Shown here in pieces: positions 10,679-19,635 of a DNA stretch of 64,000 bases; the first letter of the stretch is position 1, and every line of letters starts with the position of its first letter. The translations under genes and the position numbers were made by a program. The notes beneath the pieces were generated by a model that saw only the letters and a program-made list of their open reading frames with translations, ran no database searches and was not told the DNA's origin. The stretch is from Aulosira sp. ZfuVER01 (lineage in GTDB: Bacteria; Cyanobacteriota; Cyanobacteriia; Cyanobacteriales; Nostocaceae), in NCBI GenBank assembly GCA_034530615.2, contig JAVRCV020000012.1, positions 26,880 through 90,879 of the forward strand, given 5' to 3'.

Positions 10679-10705
10679 GGCGGGAAGCAAATTGTTATCC
10701 CCGCC
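10679..10705 (+). terminator. GC-rich intergenic stem-loop (terminator or mRNA-stabilising hairpin)
   Basis: GGCGGGA...TCCCCGCC just after the stop at 10666; no clear U-tract. Confidence 0.35.
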
Positions 10706-10775
10706 ACAAAATATTGCCAGTATCTAGTTAACAAAAACTAATATTGTTGTCATCCTGCTACAGGGAAGGATATTT

Positions 10776-11738
10776 ATGTATTTGAGACTTAGACGCAGAC
10801 GATTTGGTCAGTTAGTAATTGCGAGTGCCGCAACAACTGCACTCGCTAACTTTGGAGGTAAGACGGTTGCACAGAATTTCAACTATCCTTTGGGAATACG
10901 AACTGCTTCAAACAAAAATGGACAGAACATTGACTTAGAAAACACAACTCCACCAGTTACCTTACTATCTCTAGACTTAACGACTGGTATCGAGACATTA
11001 GATACTGAAATCTCATCTACAGCAGTTGATAACAAAAATGAAATAATACAGATTGCCAATAAAGCTGTATTTACTCAATCCACTCAGCGGATAACTGGTT
11101 TATCTGCTCTATCTGATGGCACAATTATTGCCTGTACTGTAGGAACAGATAAAAAAGGCAATTACAATCAGATACTATTTATCAATCGTAAATCTAAATT
11201 GGGGCAAACCAAAAAATTATCTGGATTTAAAAAAACTAATACTACGATTGAAGGTTTGTTGGCAACAAAGGATGATCAAATTATTGCTATAGCTAGTCTT
11301 AATGAAGGCAGTCCTCCTTTTCATTTTTTAATAATTGACCCAAAAAATGGCAAAGTCAGTCCTGCTGATCAGTTAGCTCTACCTGAACTTCCCAAAGATT
11401 TGCGGTTAGGCAATCTTGCTCTAAACTCGGATGGAAAATTTTATGCTACCACTCTCGGTCGTGAAGGTAGTACAACTTTAGTGCAGCTAGATCCGCAAAA
11501 AAAGTCGGTGATGACTGGCAGAATATTGATTACCAAGCTGGCAGAATTGAGCTATAACAAAAAGCCTTTGGTAAATGACTTGCTCGGCTTAAGCGTGTCT
11601 CCATCAGGACAACTTATTGCACTTGCTAAACTTGACAAAAATAACAAAAATTCTCTTTTAGCTGTAGATCCAAAAACAGGACAATTGACCCTATTGTCAA
11701 AAGTCATGGTAGATAAAATTGTATTTCCCCGTCAATAG
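10776..11738 (+). CDS. Exported hypothetical protein with twin-arginine (Tat)-like signal; possibly beta-propeller
   Basis: N-terminus LRRRRFGQLVIASAATTALA; repeated short beta-rich units (LSDG, LNSDGK, VSPSGQ, IDPKNG, VDPKTG). Confidence 0.65.
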   Translation: MYLRLRRRRFGQLVIASAATTALANFGGKTVAQNFNYPLGIRTASNKNGQNIDLENTTPPVTLLSLDLTTGIETLDTEISSTAVDNKNEIIQIANKAVFTQSTQRITGLSALSDGTIIACTVGTDKKGNYNQILFINRKSKLGQTKKLSGFKKTNTTIEGLLATKDDQIIAIASLNEGSPPFHFLIIDPKNGKVSPADQLALPELPKDLRLGNLALNSDGKFYATTLGREGSTTLVQLDPQKKSVMTGRILITKLAELSYNKKPLVNDLLGLSVSPSGQLIALAKLDKNNKNSLLAVDPKTGQLTLLSKVMVDKIVFPRQ

Positions 11739-11886
11739 TAACAGTGTAAAATAAAAAAATCTGGCGAAAAAGAAATACTTCACAACAACAGTACCTTTGC
11801 CAAAATAAGAGGTTATAAAAATCTTGGCAAAAATGGCAAAATAAGCCATAAATAGTCGTTTAGCTTACAAGGTAGGATGCAAAATT

Positions 11887-12684
11887 ATGGATTTAGCAAC
11901 TAGAAATTTTGATAACACTAAGAATAAGCAGTCAATAAGTATTATTGTTCCATGTTTTAATGAGTCTGAAGGAATCGAAGCTTTAAAGAAAAAAATTCTG
12001 CCGAGATTGGCAGACTTGCGTTTATTAGGAACTGTTGAACTTATTTGTGTTGATGATGGCAGCACTGACGATACTTTTTCAAAACTACAGCAATACTTGG
12101 GTAAACATGCTCAAATAATCCGTCATCCAAAAAACAAAGGTTTATCAGCGGCAATCAGAACCGGGATATTGCACTCCACTGGCAATATTATCTGCACTCT
12201 AGATAGCGACTGCACTTATGATCCTAAGCAGCTGATTGCTCTTTTAGATTTAATGAGTCCAGGTGTTGATATTGTCACAGCATCTCCATACCATCCAGAA
12301 GGTAGAGTAAAAAATGTCTCAGCTTGGCGTTTATTTCTAAGTAAAGGTTTGTCACAGCTTTATAGATTAGTATTGCCACAACGGCTATACACTTATACAA
12401 GTATGTTCCGAGCATATCGTCGAGAAGTTTTGGAAAGTGTGCCAATTACCCATCCAGGATTTCTTGGTATGGTAGAGATTTTAGCCGAAGCAATGTTGCG
12501 CGGGTATAAAGTGGTTGAGTATCCAGCAGAATTGAGTATCCGAGTGTTCGGACAGTCAAAGTTGCGTGTAGCCAGAGTGATTTGGAGTCATTTAAAGTAC
12601 ATTAGCAAGCTTATTTTTCGTCAGATTCTTCAACAAAAAAAATCCCAAATTGATGTATTAGAAATTACTAAAAACAACTATTAA
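11887..12684 (+). CDS. GT2 polyprenyl-phosphate glycosyltransferase (DPM1/ArnC-like)
   Basis: SIIVPCFNE, VDDGSTD, HPKNKG, LDSDCTYDP, FRAYRREVL and R..GQSK motifs. Confidence 0.88.
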   Translation: MDLATRNFDNTKNKQSISIIVPCFNESEGIEALKKKILPRLADLRLLGTVELICVDDGSTDDTFSKLQQYLGKHAQIIRHPKNKGLSAAIRTGILHSTGNIICTLDSDCTYDPKQLIALLDLMSPGVDIVTASPYHPEGRVKNVSAWRLFLSKGLSQLYRLVLPQRLYTYTSMFRAYRREVLESVPITHPGFLGMVEILAEAMLRGYKVVEYPAELSIRVFGQSKLRVARVIWSHLKYISKLIFRQILQQKKSQIDVLEITKNNY

Positions 12685-12724
12685 ACGCTTCAAATGTAAT
12701 ATACAAAAAAAGAGGACTGACCGC

Positions 12725-14008
12725 GTGTCTGACACTGTAATTAAAGTTGAAAACATAAGTAAAAAATACATCATTAGTCATCAGCAAAACGAACCGTATA
12801 AGTCTTTGCGAGATGTCATCAGCAATGCAAGCAAATCTGTTGTTAATAGACTTTTTACACCAAGCAGGAAAAAATTTCATAATCATGTTTATGAAAATTT
12901 TTGGGCGTTGAAGGATGTTTCTTTTGAAGTAAAGCAAGGTGATTGTCTTGGTATTATTGGACGCAATGGAGCAGGAAAATCGACTTTATTAAAAATTCTT
13001 AGCAGAATTACGGAAGCAACTCAAGGCAAAATTTTAATCAAGGGTCGAGTTGCAAGTTTGCTGGAAGTAGGAACAGGTTTTCACCCAGAACTTACTGGTA
13101 GAGAGAATATTTTTCTCAATGGTGCTATTTTGGGCATGAGCAAGGCAGAAATTAAACGCAAATTTGATGAAATTGTATATTTTGCAGAAGTAGAGAAGTT
13201 TTTAGATACACCTGTGAAGCGCTATTCTTCAGGTATGTATGTGCGTTTAGCATTCGCTGTAGCTGCTCATTTGGAACCAGAAATTTTAATTGTGGATGAA
13301 GTGCTGGCAGTAGGCGATACCCAGTTTCAGAAAAAGTGTTTGGGAAAGATGGGGGATATCTCAGGTAAGGAAGGAAGAACAGTTTTATTTGTAAGTCATA
13401 GTATGTCGGCTGTGCAAACCCTCTGCCAAAAAGCAGTTGCACTTGAAGCCGGAAGAGTGACGATAATTGACAACGTAGAAAAGGCAATTGCTAAATACTT
13501 AAGCAATAGCTCGAAGAATCTTGAGGAGCATACTGTCCGCTTTCAAAAACCACTAAATGCTCCTCTGTGGATAGAGTCAGTGGCAATTCTTTGTAAGAAT
13601 AGACCTGTAAACCAGCTTTTGATGGGAGAAACTTTGTCTTTAGAAATAACTTTTTGCTCAGAGACTCCCACACAAGATCCCAAAATTGGATTTGTCATCT
13701 ATTCAATGCATGGATCACCTCTATTGAACGCAAACAATCGCTATCAAGTTTCAGAACAGCTATCTGTTCCAGTGAACAGAGGCAGAATTATATGTGAAAT
13801 TGGTATGTTACCTTTAGCAGAAGGATATTATTCTATTTCTTTTTGGTTTGGTGACACAAAAAATGACTATCACCGCATAGATCATCCATTATCATTTGAA
13901 GTTATTGGACGCGATATTTGGGGGAATGGACAACTTCCTCCACGTAATTTTTCCCCATTGTGGTGGCCGACAAAATTTAGTTTTTCCAGCCTTACTGAAA
14001 CTTTATAG
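12725..14008 (+). CDS. wzt: Polysaccharide ABC transporter ATP-binding subunit with Wzt C-terminal domain
   Basis: FWALKDVSF, GRNGAGKST, LLEVGTGFHPELTGREN, YSSGM, DEVLAVGD; C-terminal extension. Confidence 0.93.
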   Translation: MSDTVIKVENISKKYIISHQQNEPYKSLRDVISNASKSVVNRLFTPSRKKFHNHVYENFWALKDVSFEVKQGDCLGIIGRNGAGKSTLLKILSRITEATQGKILIKGRVASLLEVGTGFHPELTGRENIFLNGAILGMSKAEIKRKFDEIVYFAEVEKFLDTPVKRYSSGMYVRLAFAVAAHLEPEILIVDEVLAVGDTQFQKKCLGKMGDISGKEGRTVLFVSHSMSAVQTLCQKAVALEAGRVTIIDNVEKAIAKYLSNSSKNLEEHTVRFQKPLNAPLWIESVAILCKNRPVNQLLMGETLSLEITFCSETPTQDPKIGFVIYSMHGSPLLNANNRYQVSEQLSVPVNRGRIICEIGMLPLAEGYYSISFWFGDTKNDYHRIDHPLSFEVIGRDIWGNGQLPPRNFSPLWWPTKFSFSSLTETL

Positions 14009-14016
14009 AGTGGAAA

Positions 14017-14946
14017 ATGAAGTATATGCAAATTAAAAGTCCACTAACAAATTCTTTAAATGTAGTTTTAGAGCAAGAGATAGAGGTTAATTCTATCGTT
14101 AAAGGATATCAGGATTGGCTACAAATTGATGTCAGTCGATATTTTGGTGAACTAAAGCACATCCAAATATATAGATGTAATGATACGGGGTACAGATTTT
14201 ATTACCCATCTAATCTTGAAGGAGACGAAGAACTTTACATAAAATTACAAAACTTCCCTTGGTACTATGTAGATTGGAAATGGGAATACGAGATAGTAAG
14301 TAAAGCGATTTTATCCAAGGATCCAGTTTTGGAGATAGGTTGCGGCAGAGGCGTATTTATTGACAAGATGCAGCAAACAGGGGCAATCTGTCGAGGTCTG
14401 GAATTGAACGAATCTGCTGCTAAAAGGGGAAGAGAAAAAGGATTAGATATCTTCATGGAAACCATTGAAAAACATGCAAAAAATAATTTCGGCAAATACG
14501 ATGTTGTAATTTCTTTTCAAGTGTTAGAGCATGTTTTCAATGTTAGGGAATTTTTGCAATCATCTATAGAAGTTTTGAAGCCTGAAGGTAAATTAATAAT
14601 TTGTGTACCCAACAATGATTCATTTGTAAAATATGCAAAAGGCTGGGTGACAAATATGCCACCTCACCATATGGGATTGTGGAATGAAGAATCTCTAAAA
14701 AGTATTCAAAATTTGTTTCCTGTTAAAGTAACGAAAGTTTATTTTGAACCTTTAAGTACCTATGATTGGTACTATCATGTCCATAGCGAAATTATTTTGA
14801 GTTTTTTGGATAATAGAAATAAAATACTAGGGCGAATTGTACGAAGGTTATCTAGAATTATTCGTGATCCTTCTATAGCTTTATTAAAAATTTTTAGTAA
14901 ACTCATCCACTCTCACTCAATAATTGTTGAGTTTACAAAACTGTAA
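14017..14946 (+). CDS. Class I SAM-dependent methyltransferase
   Basis: VLEIGCGRG, FQVLEHV, NMPPHH. Confidence 0.9.
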   Translation: MKYMQIKSPLTNSLNVVLEQEIEVNSIVKGYQDWLQIDVSRYFGELKHIQIYRCNDTGYRFYYPSNLEGDEELYIKLQNFPWYYVDWKWEYEIVSKAILSKDPVLEIGCGRGVFIDKMQQTGAICRGLELNESAAKRGREKGLDIFMETIEKHAKNNFGKYDVVISFQVLEHVFNVREFLQSSIEVLKPEGKLIICVPNNDSFVKYAKGWVTNMPPHHMGLWNEESLKSIQNLFPVKVTKVYFEPLSTYDWYYHVHSEIILSFLDNRNKILGRIVRRLSRIIRDPSIALLKIFSKLIHSHSIIVEFTKL

Positions 14947-15001
14947 CTTGCAATAAACAATTTTTTTGCTTAGAACTGTAAGCTTATAGCCAGTTATTTC
15001 T

Positions 15002-16264
15002 ATGAAAGTAGGATTTTGCACATATGATGCTCCAGGATTTACTGGAGGACCAAACTCATGGCTTAGACGCTTATTACCTTCTTTAAGGGTAGCTGGTATT
15101 GAGGTATGGGTATTATTTTTTATTGATAGTAATGAATTAGAAAATTGCTCTTGCGTTCAAGATTTGTCTAAACAAGGTATTAAATGTGATTTTTTTCCCT
15201 GGCAAACTACTACAGAACAGAAAATTCATTGGCTTCTTTCAAAGCTAGCTGAAGATCCACCAGATGTATTTGTCCCAAACATGCTAGTCTCAGCTTTCTA
15301 TGCTAGTCGCTGGGTTAGGGAAGCAGGTATACCAACTATTGGGATTTTGCACTCTGATGATGAGTTTTATTGGGGTATTTTAAAAGAATTTGTTTTCAGT
15401 AGAGCTTCTTACAGATTGTCTGCCCTAGTTTGTGTATCACAATTTTTAACACAAAAAGTCATTAGTTTAGGAAATACTTCAGATCTGATTAGGCAAATTC
15501 CCTATGGCGTATCTCTCCCTAAACAGGTTGCTCGACCTCCCCTAGAAAGAATGAGGTTGATCTATGTCGGTCGTTTAGTAGAAGAACAAAAACAAATATC
15601 GCAAGTCACCTCTGCCTTGTGTCGTGCAGTTAGAGAAGTACCTAACACAGAAGCGGTAATCTTCGGAGATGGTCCAGCAAAAGCTAATGTTGAAAAAATC
15701 CTTGCTGAACAGGGCAAAGGATTATCAATAAAATTTGCTGGATTAGTTGATAATTCTCAAATTCAAGAAAAGATGCTAGAGTCTCATGTCTTGGTTTTAT
15801 TATCAGACTATGAGGGCTTACCCATTGCGCTGATGGAAGCTATGGCCTGCGGTTTAGTTCCTATATGCCTGCAAATACAGAGTGGCATACCAGAGTTAGT
15901 AGAAGATGAATTTACTGGCTTGCTAGTAAATGACAGAAATCATGAGTTTATTGCTGCTGTTCAACGCTTAAGGAATGAAGTCGGACTTTGGGAAAGATTG
16001 TCTATATCTGCCCGTGCCAAAATTGAGGCTTCTTACTCAAATGAAGTTTGTATAACTCGCTGGGTGAGTTTACTATCAGAAATAAATAGTAAGACCCAAA
16101 GCAGAAAAGCCATTAGAAAACCTTGTTGGCTAGCGTTACCATCTGTTAATTCTGCCTTGGCAAGAGAAGATAGACGCCAACCTCGTTTTGCAATGAGAAT
16201 TTTAGGCAAAATACGCCGAATAGTTAGCAACCTTAAACGTAGAACTATTGTAAATCGACGATAG
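15002..16264 (+). CDS. Glycosyltransferase family 4
   Basis: YVGRL..EQK and SDYEGLPIALMEAMACG. Confidence 0.92.
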   Translation: MKVGFCTYDAPGFTGGPNSWLRRLLPSLRVAGIEVWVLFFIDSNELENCSCVQDLSKQGIKCDFFPWQTTTEQKIHWLLSKLAEDPPDVFVPNMLVSAFYASRWVREAGIPTIGILHSDDEFYWGILKEFVFSRASYRLSALVCVSQFLTQKVISLGNTSDLIRQIPYGVSLPKQVARPPLERMRLIYVGRLVEEQKQISQVTSALCRAVREVPNTEAVIFGDGPAKANVEKILAEQGKGLSIKFAGLVDNSQIQEKMLESHVLVLLSDYEGLPIALMEAMACGLVPICLQIQSGIPELVEDEFTGLLVNDRNHEFIAAVQRLRNEVGLWERLSISARAKIEASYSNEVCITRWVSLLSEINSKTQSRKAIRKPCWLALPSVNSALAREDRRQPRFAMRILGKIRRIVSNLKRRTIVNRR

Positions 16265-16323
16265 CAAGCTTTTGTAAAGCTTTATAGTCTCCTTTATATC
16301 AGTAATATTATATTTTGTGAAAA

Positions 16324-17484
16324 ATGACGAGAATTGCAATTATTTCGACCATGTCAGGTTTCCCTTGGGGAGGTAGTGAATATCTATGGGCAAAAATGGC
16401 AGAACAATCATTGTTAGAAGGACATGAAGTTTTTCTCTCAATTTATGATTGGTCGGTTAATCATCCAGTAATTATCCAACTACAACAGCAAGGTGCTAAA
16501 CTACTCCCTCGACCTCGATTTTCTAAAGCTAACTTAATATCAAGAATTTCTAGAAGAATTATTGATAAATTGCCATTATTAAACTCTTCATATTCTCTAT
16601 CAGATTACCAAGCCGTTATTGACTGTCAACCTGATGTTATATGTATTAATGAAGGACATGTTTACAATGGTGTTTATGAACCTAATTTGATAAGTTTACT
16701 AAATACCAGTTCAATTCCTTACTTGATAGTGAGTCAGTTAAATGAGGAGAATTGCAAACTGGATAGCAACGCTCGCACATCTGCTGAAAAATTATTTTCT
16801 TCAGCCTCGTATCATGTGTTTGTTTCACATCACAATCTTAAACTAACTGAACGACAACTAGCTCAATCCTTACCAAATGCCGTGGTTCTACAAAACCCTG
16901 TGAACTTATCTGATCTCAGTAAGGTTCCTTGGCCGTTTCAATCAACAATCTGTTTTGCTAGTGTAGCTCGACTAGAAGTAGGCTTCAAAGGTCAAGACAT
17001 TCTTTTTGAAATCCTTAGTTCACCAATCTGGCAACAGAGAGACTGGCAATGTAATCTATATGGATCAGGACCTGATCAGGCTTATCTTGAGGATTTAACT
17101 TATCATTACGGCATTGCTGACAAGATAAAATTTATGGGTCACCTTAATGATATTCGGTCAATTTGGTCAGATAACCATATATTATTGTTACCTTCAAGAG
17201 CAGAGGGTACACCTCTAGCATTGATTGAGGCAATGTTGTGCGGTCGTCCTGCCGTTGTTACTGATGTAGGAGGTAATGCCGAATGGATTGAAGATGAGCA
17301 GACTGGATTCATTGCAGAGGCACCTACACCTAAATCATTCAATGCTGCTTTGGATAGGGCATGGTTAGCTCAGAACAACTGGAAGCAGATGGGTATAAAA
17401 GCTCACGAATATGCAACTTCTAAGCTTGATTACTCGCCTGGGAAAAGCTTGCTCAAACTAGTTCTGGAAACTTCAAAAATATAA
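16324..17484 (+). CDS. Glycosyltransferase family 4
   Basis: WGGSE, VARL...KGQD, PSRAEGTPLALIEAM. Confidence 0.92.
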   Translation: MTRIAIISTMSGFPWGGSEYLWAKMAEQSLLEGHEVFLSIYDWSVNHPVIIQLQQQGAKLLPRPRFSKANLISRISRRIIDKLPLLNSSYSLSDYQAVIDCQPDVICINEGHVYNGVYEPNLISLLNTSSIPYLIVSQLNEENCKLDSNARTSAEKLFSSASYHVFVSHHNLKLTERQLAQSLPNAVVLQNPVNLSDLSKVPWPFQSTICFASVARLEVGFKGQDILFEILSSPIWQQRDWQCNLYGSGPDQAYLEDLTYHYGIADKIKFMGHLNDIRSIWSDNHILLLPSRAEGTPLALIEAMLCGRPAVVTDVGGNAEWIEDEQTGFIAEAPTPKSFNAALDRAWLAQNNWKQMGIKAHEYATSKLDYSPGKSLLKLVLETSKI

Positions 17485-17550
17485 TTTTATTTTATGCCAC
17501 CTATTGTGAGCGTTATCATCTGTACCGATAATCTTCGACGCAATTACCTT
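17367..17550 (+). repeat. Direct repeat copy 1 (~184 bp: GT4 3' end, spacer, dead copy of the GT2 5' end)
   Basis: Aligns with 18537-18719 with about 5 differences. Confidence 0.95.
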
Positions 17551-17558
17551 GAAATTGA

Positions 17559-17607
17559 AAGCGATCACTTTGTGATTGAAAAACTTAAAATCACAAAGTG
17601 ATCGCTT
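17559..17607. repeat. Perfect 19-bp inverted repeat with 11-nt loop
   Basis: AAGCGATCACTTTGTGATT (17559-17577) / AATCACAAAGTGATCGCTT (17589-17607). Confidence 0.9.
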
Positions 17608-17736
17608 GCTACTTCACTTAGATAAATTAGAAAATAGCTCAAAACTGTCAGGCGATAGAAAAATAGTGAGGTTTTCCATAACTTGATAAGCCTCCTTTTA
17701 CAAATAACGACTTGTCATTAATTAGATTAACGAATT

Positions 17737-18477
17737 ATGCTATCTCCAACCAATTTGACACAAGATCCGGAATTTAAACTGCACTGGCAAATGACAAATT
17801 GTGAGCGTTTTGCTCTACAAAACCTGCTACGGCGACTACAACCGAAACTCTCAGTCGAGATTGGTACATATCGGGGCGGATCGCTTCAGGTGCTCTCACA
17901 CTTTTCTGAAAAAGTTATTTCAGTTGATATCGACCCTGAACTAGAGAATCGGCTCAATGGCAAATTTACCAATGTGGTATATTGCTGTGGCGATTCTCGT
18001 GAAGTGCTGCCTGAATTAGTTAGCCAACTAAACGAGCATGATGCCAAGATTGAATTTGTCCTCATTGATGGTGACCACTCAACTGCGGGAGTCCGACGAG
18101 ATATCGAACTACTGCTTGACCTCAAGCCACGCCAAAGAGTCGTGGTGATTATGCACGATAGTTTTAACCCCGATTGCCGACAGGGGATGAAGACCGCAGC
18201 GTGGGATCGGTCACCTTATGTCCAATGGGTAGAACTTGATTTTATTCCTGGAATATACCATCAAGATGCTTATGATACTGCTGCTGCCCGGACTATGTGG
18301 GGTGGCTTTGCCTGCGCCGTGCTAGAGCCAATAGAACGCAAAGATGAACTCGTGATTTCGGAATCACAGCGGGGGCTATTTGAAGCGGTCTTTGCTGTTT
18401 CTGCCCATGCTAATAAAATACTCCCAGATGCTCCAGTGAAAAGATTGCTGAAACGCTTGCGCCGTATCGTGCCATGA
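17737..18477 (+). CDS. Class I SAM-dependent methyltransferase (Methyltransf_24-like)
   Basis: VEIGTYRGGS, GDSREVL, LIDGDHS...V..D, MHD motifs. Confidence 0.88.
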   Translation: MLSPTNLTQDPEFKLHWQMTNCERFALQNLLRRLQPKLSVEIGTYRGGSLQVLSHFSEKVISVDIDPELENRLNGKFTNVVYCCGDSREVLPELVSQLNEHDAKIEFVLIDGDHSTAGVRRDIELLLDLKPRQRVVVIMHDSFNPDCRQGMKTAAWDRSPYVQWVELDFIPGIYHQDAYDTAAARTMWGGFACAVLEPIERKDELVISESQRGLFEAVFAVSAHANKILPDAPVKRLLKRLRRIVP

Positions 18478-18536
18478 ATAATCCAGACTGGACAGATCGC
18501 GCTAAGGCAAAATTAGCTCGTATAACAGACAGGGGA

Positions 18537-18719
18537 AGCTCAGAACAACTGAAGCAGATGGGTATAAAAGCTCACGAATATGCAACTTCTAAGCTTGATT
18601 ACTCACCTGGGAAAAGCTTGCTCAAACTAGTTCTGGAAACTTCAAAAATATAATTTTATTTTATGCCACCTATTGTGAGCGTTATCATCTGTACCCATAA
18701 TCCTCGTCGCAATTACCTT
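18537..18719 (+). repeat. Direct repeat copy 2 (dead copy of the GT4 3' end, spacer, functional GT2 start)
   Basis: Aligns with 17367-17550; 1-nt deletion in the GT4-derived part. Confidence 0.95.
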
Positions 18720-19592
18720 AAAAAAGTATTGCAAGCACTGATGGCTCAGACTTTGTCCACAGATTTATGGGAACTTTTATTAATTGATAATGCCAGCGAG
18801 CATATCCTTGCCTCAGAAATTGACCTCGGTTGGCATCCTTTATCTCGACACATTCGAGAAGAACAACTAGGTTTGACCCCCGCTCGCTTAAGAGGCATTA
18901 AAGAAGCAATAGCAGAAATTTTAGTTTTTGTTGATGATGATAATGTTTTAGACCCAGATTATTTAGAAATTGCTCTGAGAATTAGTAAAGATTATTCAAT
19001 CATCGGTGTTTGGGGTGGGCAAATTAAACCTGAGTTTGAACAAGAACCCCCGGAATGGATAAAGCCTAACCTCAACAATTTATTAGGATATTTAGCTTGT
19101 AGAGAATTTTCTGAAGATAAATGGTCTAATTTAGTACATGAATATAGAACAACACCATGTGGGGCTGGGCTTTGCGCTCGTAAAATTGTAGCTGAAAAGT
19201 ATGCTGAATTGGTTAATAAAGATCCTAGGCGAGCAGATTTAGATCGCAAGGGTAAACAACTAACTTCCTGCGGAGACTATGATTTAGCATATACAGCCTG
19301 CGATATGGGTTTGGGTACAGCACAATTTATATCCCTTAAGTTGAATCACTTGATACCCCCTAGTCGTCTTGAAGAAGATTATATACTACATTTAATAGAA
19401 CGAATAGATTATTCAATAACTATCATGGAGTATCTCCGAGGCAAACTTCCATCTCAATCTAATTGGAGGGGGAAAATATATCAAAAATATTTACGCCTGC
19501 GATACGGTTCAAAAAGATTTCGTTTTCAAGATGCTTCCGCAAAAGGTGTTAGGCTAGCTCTAGAAGAGATTGCTAGTTGGCAAGATCAGTAA
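18663..19592 (+). CDS. Glycosyltransferase family 2
   Basis: SVIICTHNPR, LIDNAS, GLTPAR, FVDDDNVL. Confidence 0.92.
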   Translation: MPPIVSVIICTHNPRRNYLKKVLQALMAQTLSTDLWELLLIDNASEHILASEIDLGWHPLSRHIREEQLGLTPARLRGIKEAIAEILVFVDDDNVLDPDYLEIALRISKDYSIIGVWGGQIKPEFEQEPPEWIKPNLNNLLGYLACREFSEDKWSNLVHEYRTTPCGAGLCARKIVAEKYAELVNKDPRRADLDRKGKQLTSCGDYDLAYTACDMGLGTAQFISLKLNHLIPPSRLEEDYILHLIERIDYSITIMEYLRGKLPSQSNWRGKIYQKYLRLRYGSKRFRFQDASAKGVRLALEEIASWQDQ

Positions 19593-19635
19593 ATTTATTC
19601 TAATTAATTGAAAACTATTTTTTAGGAGATTTGCT

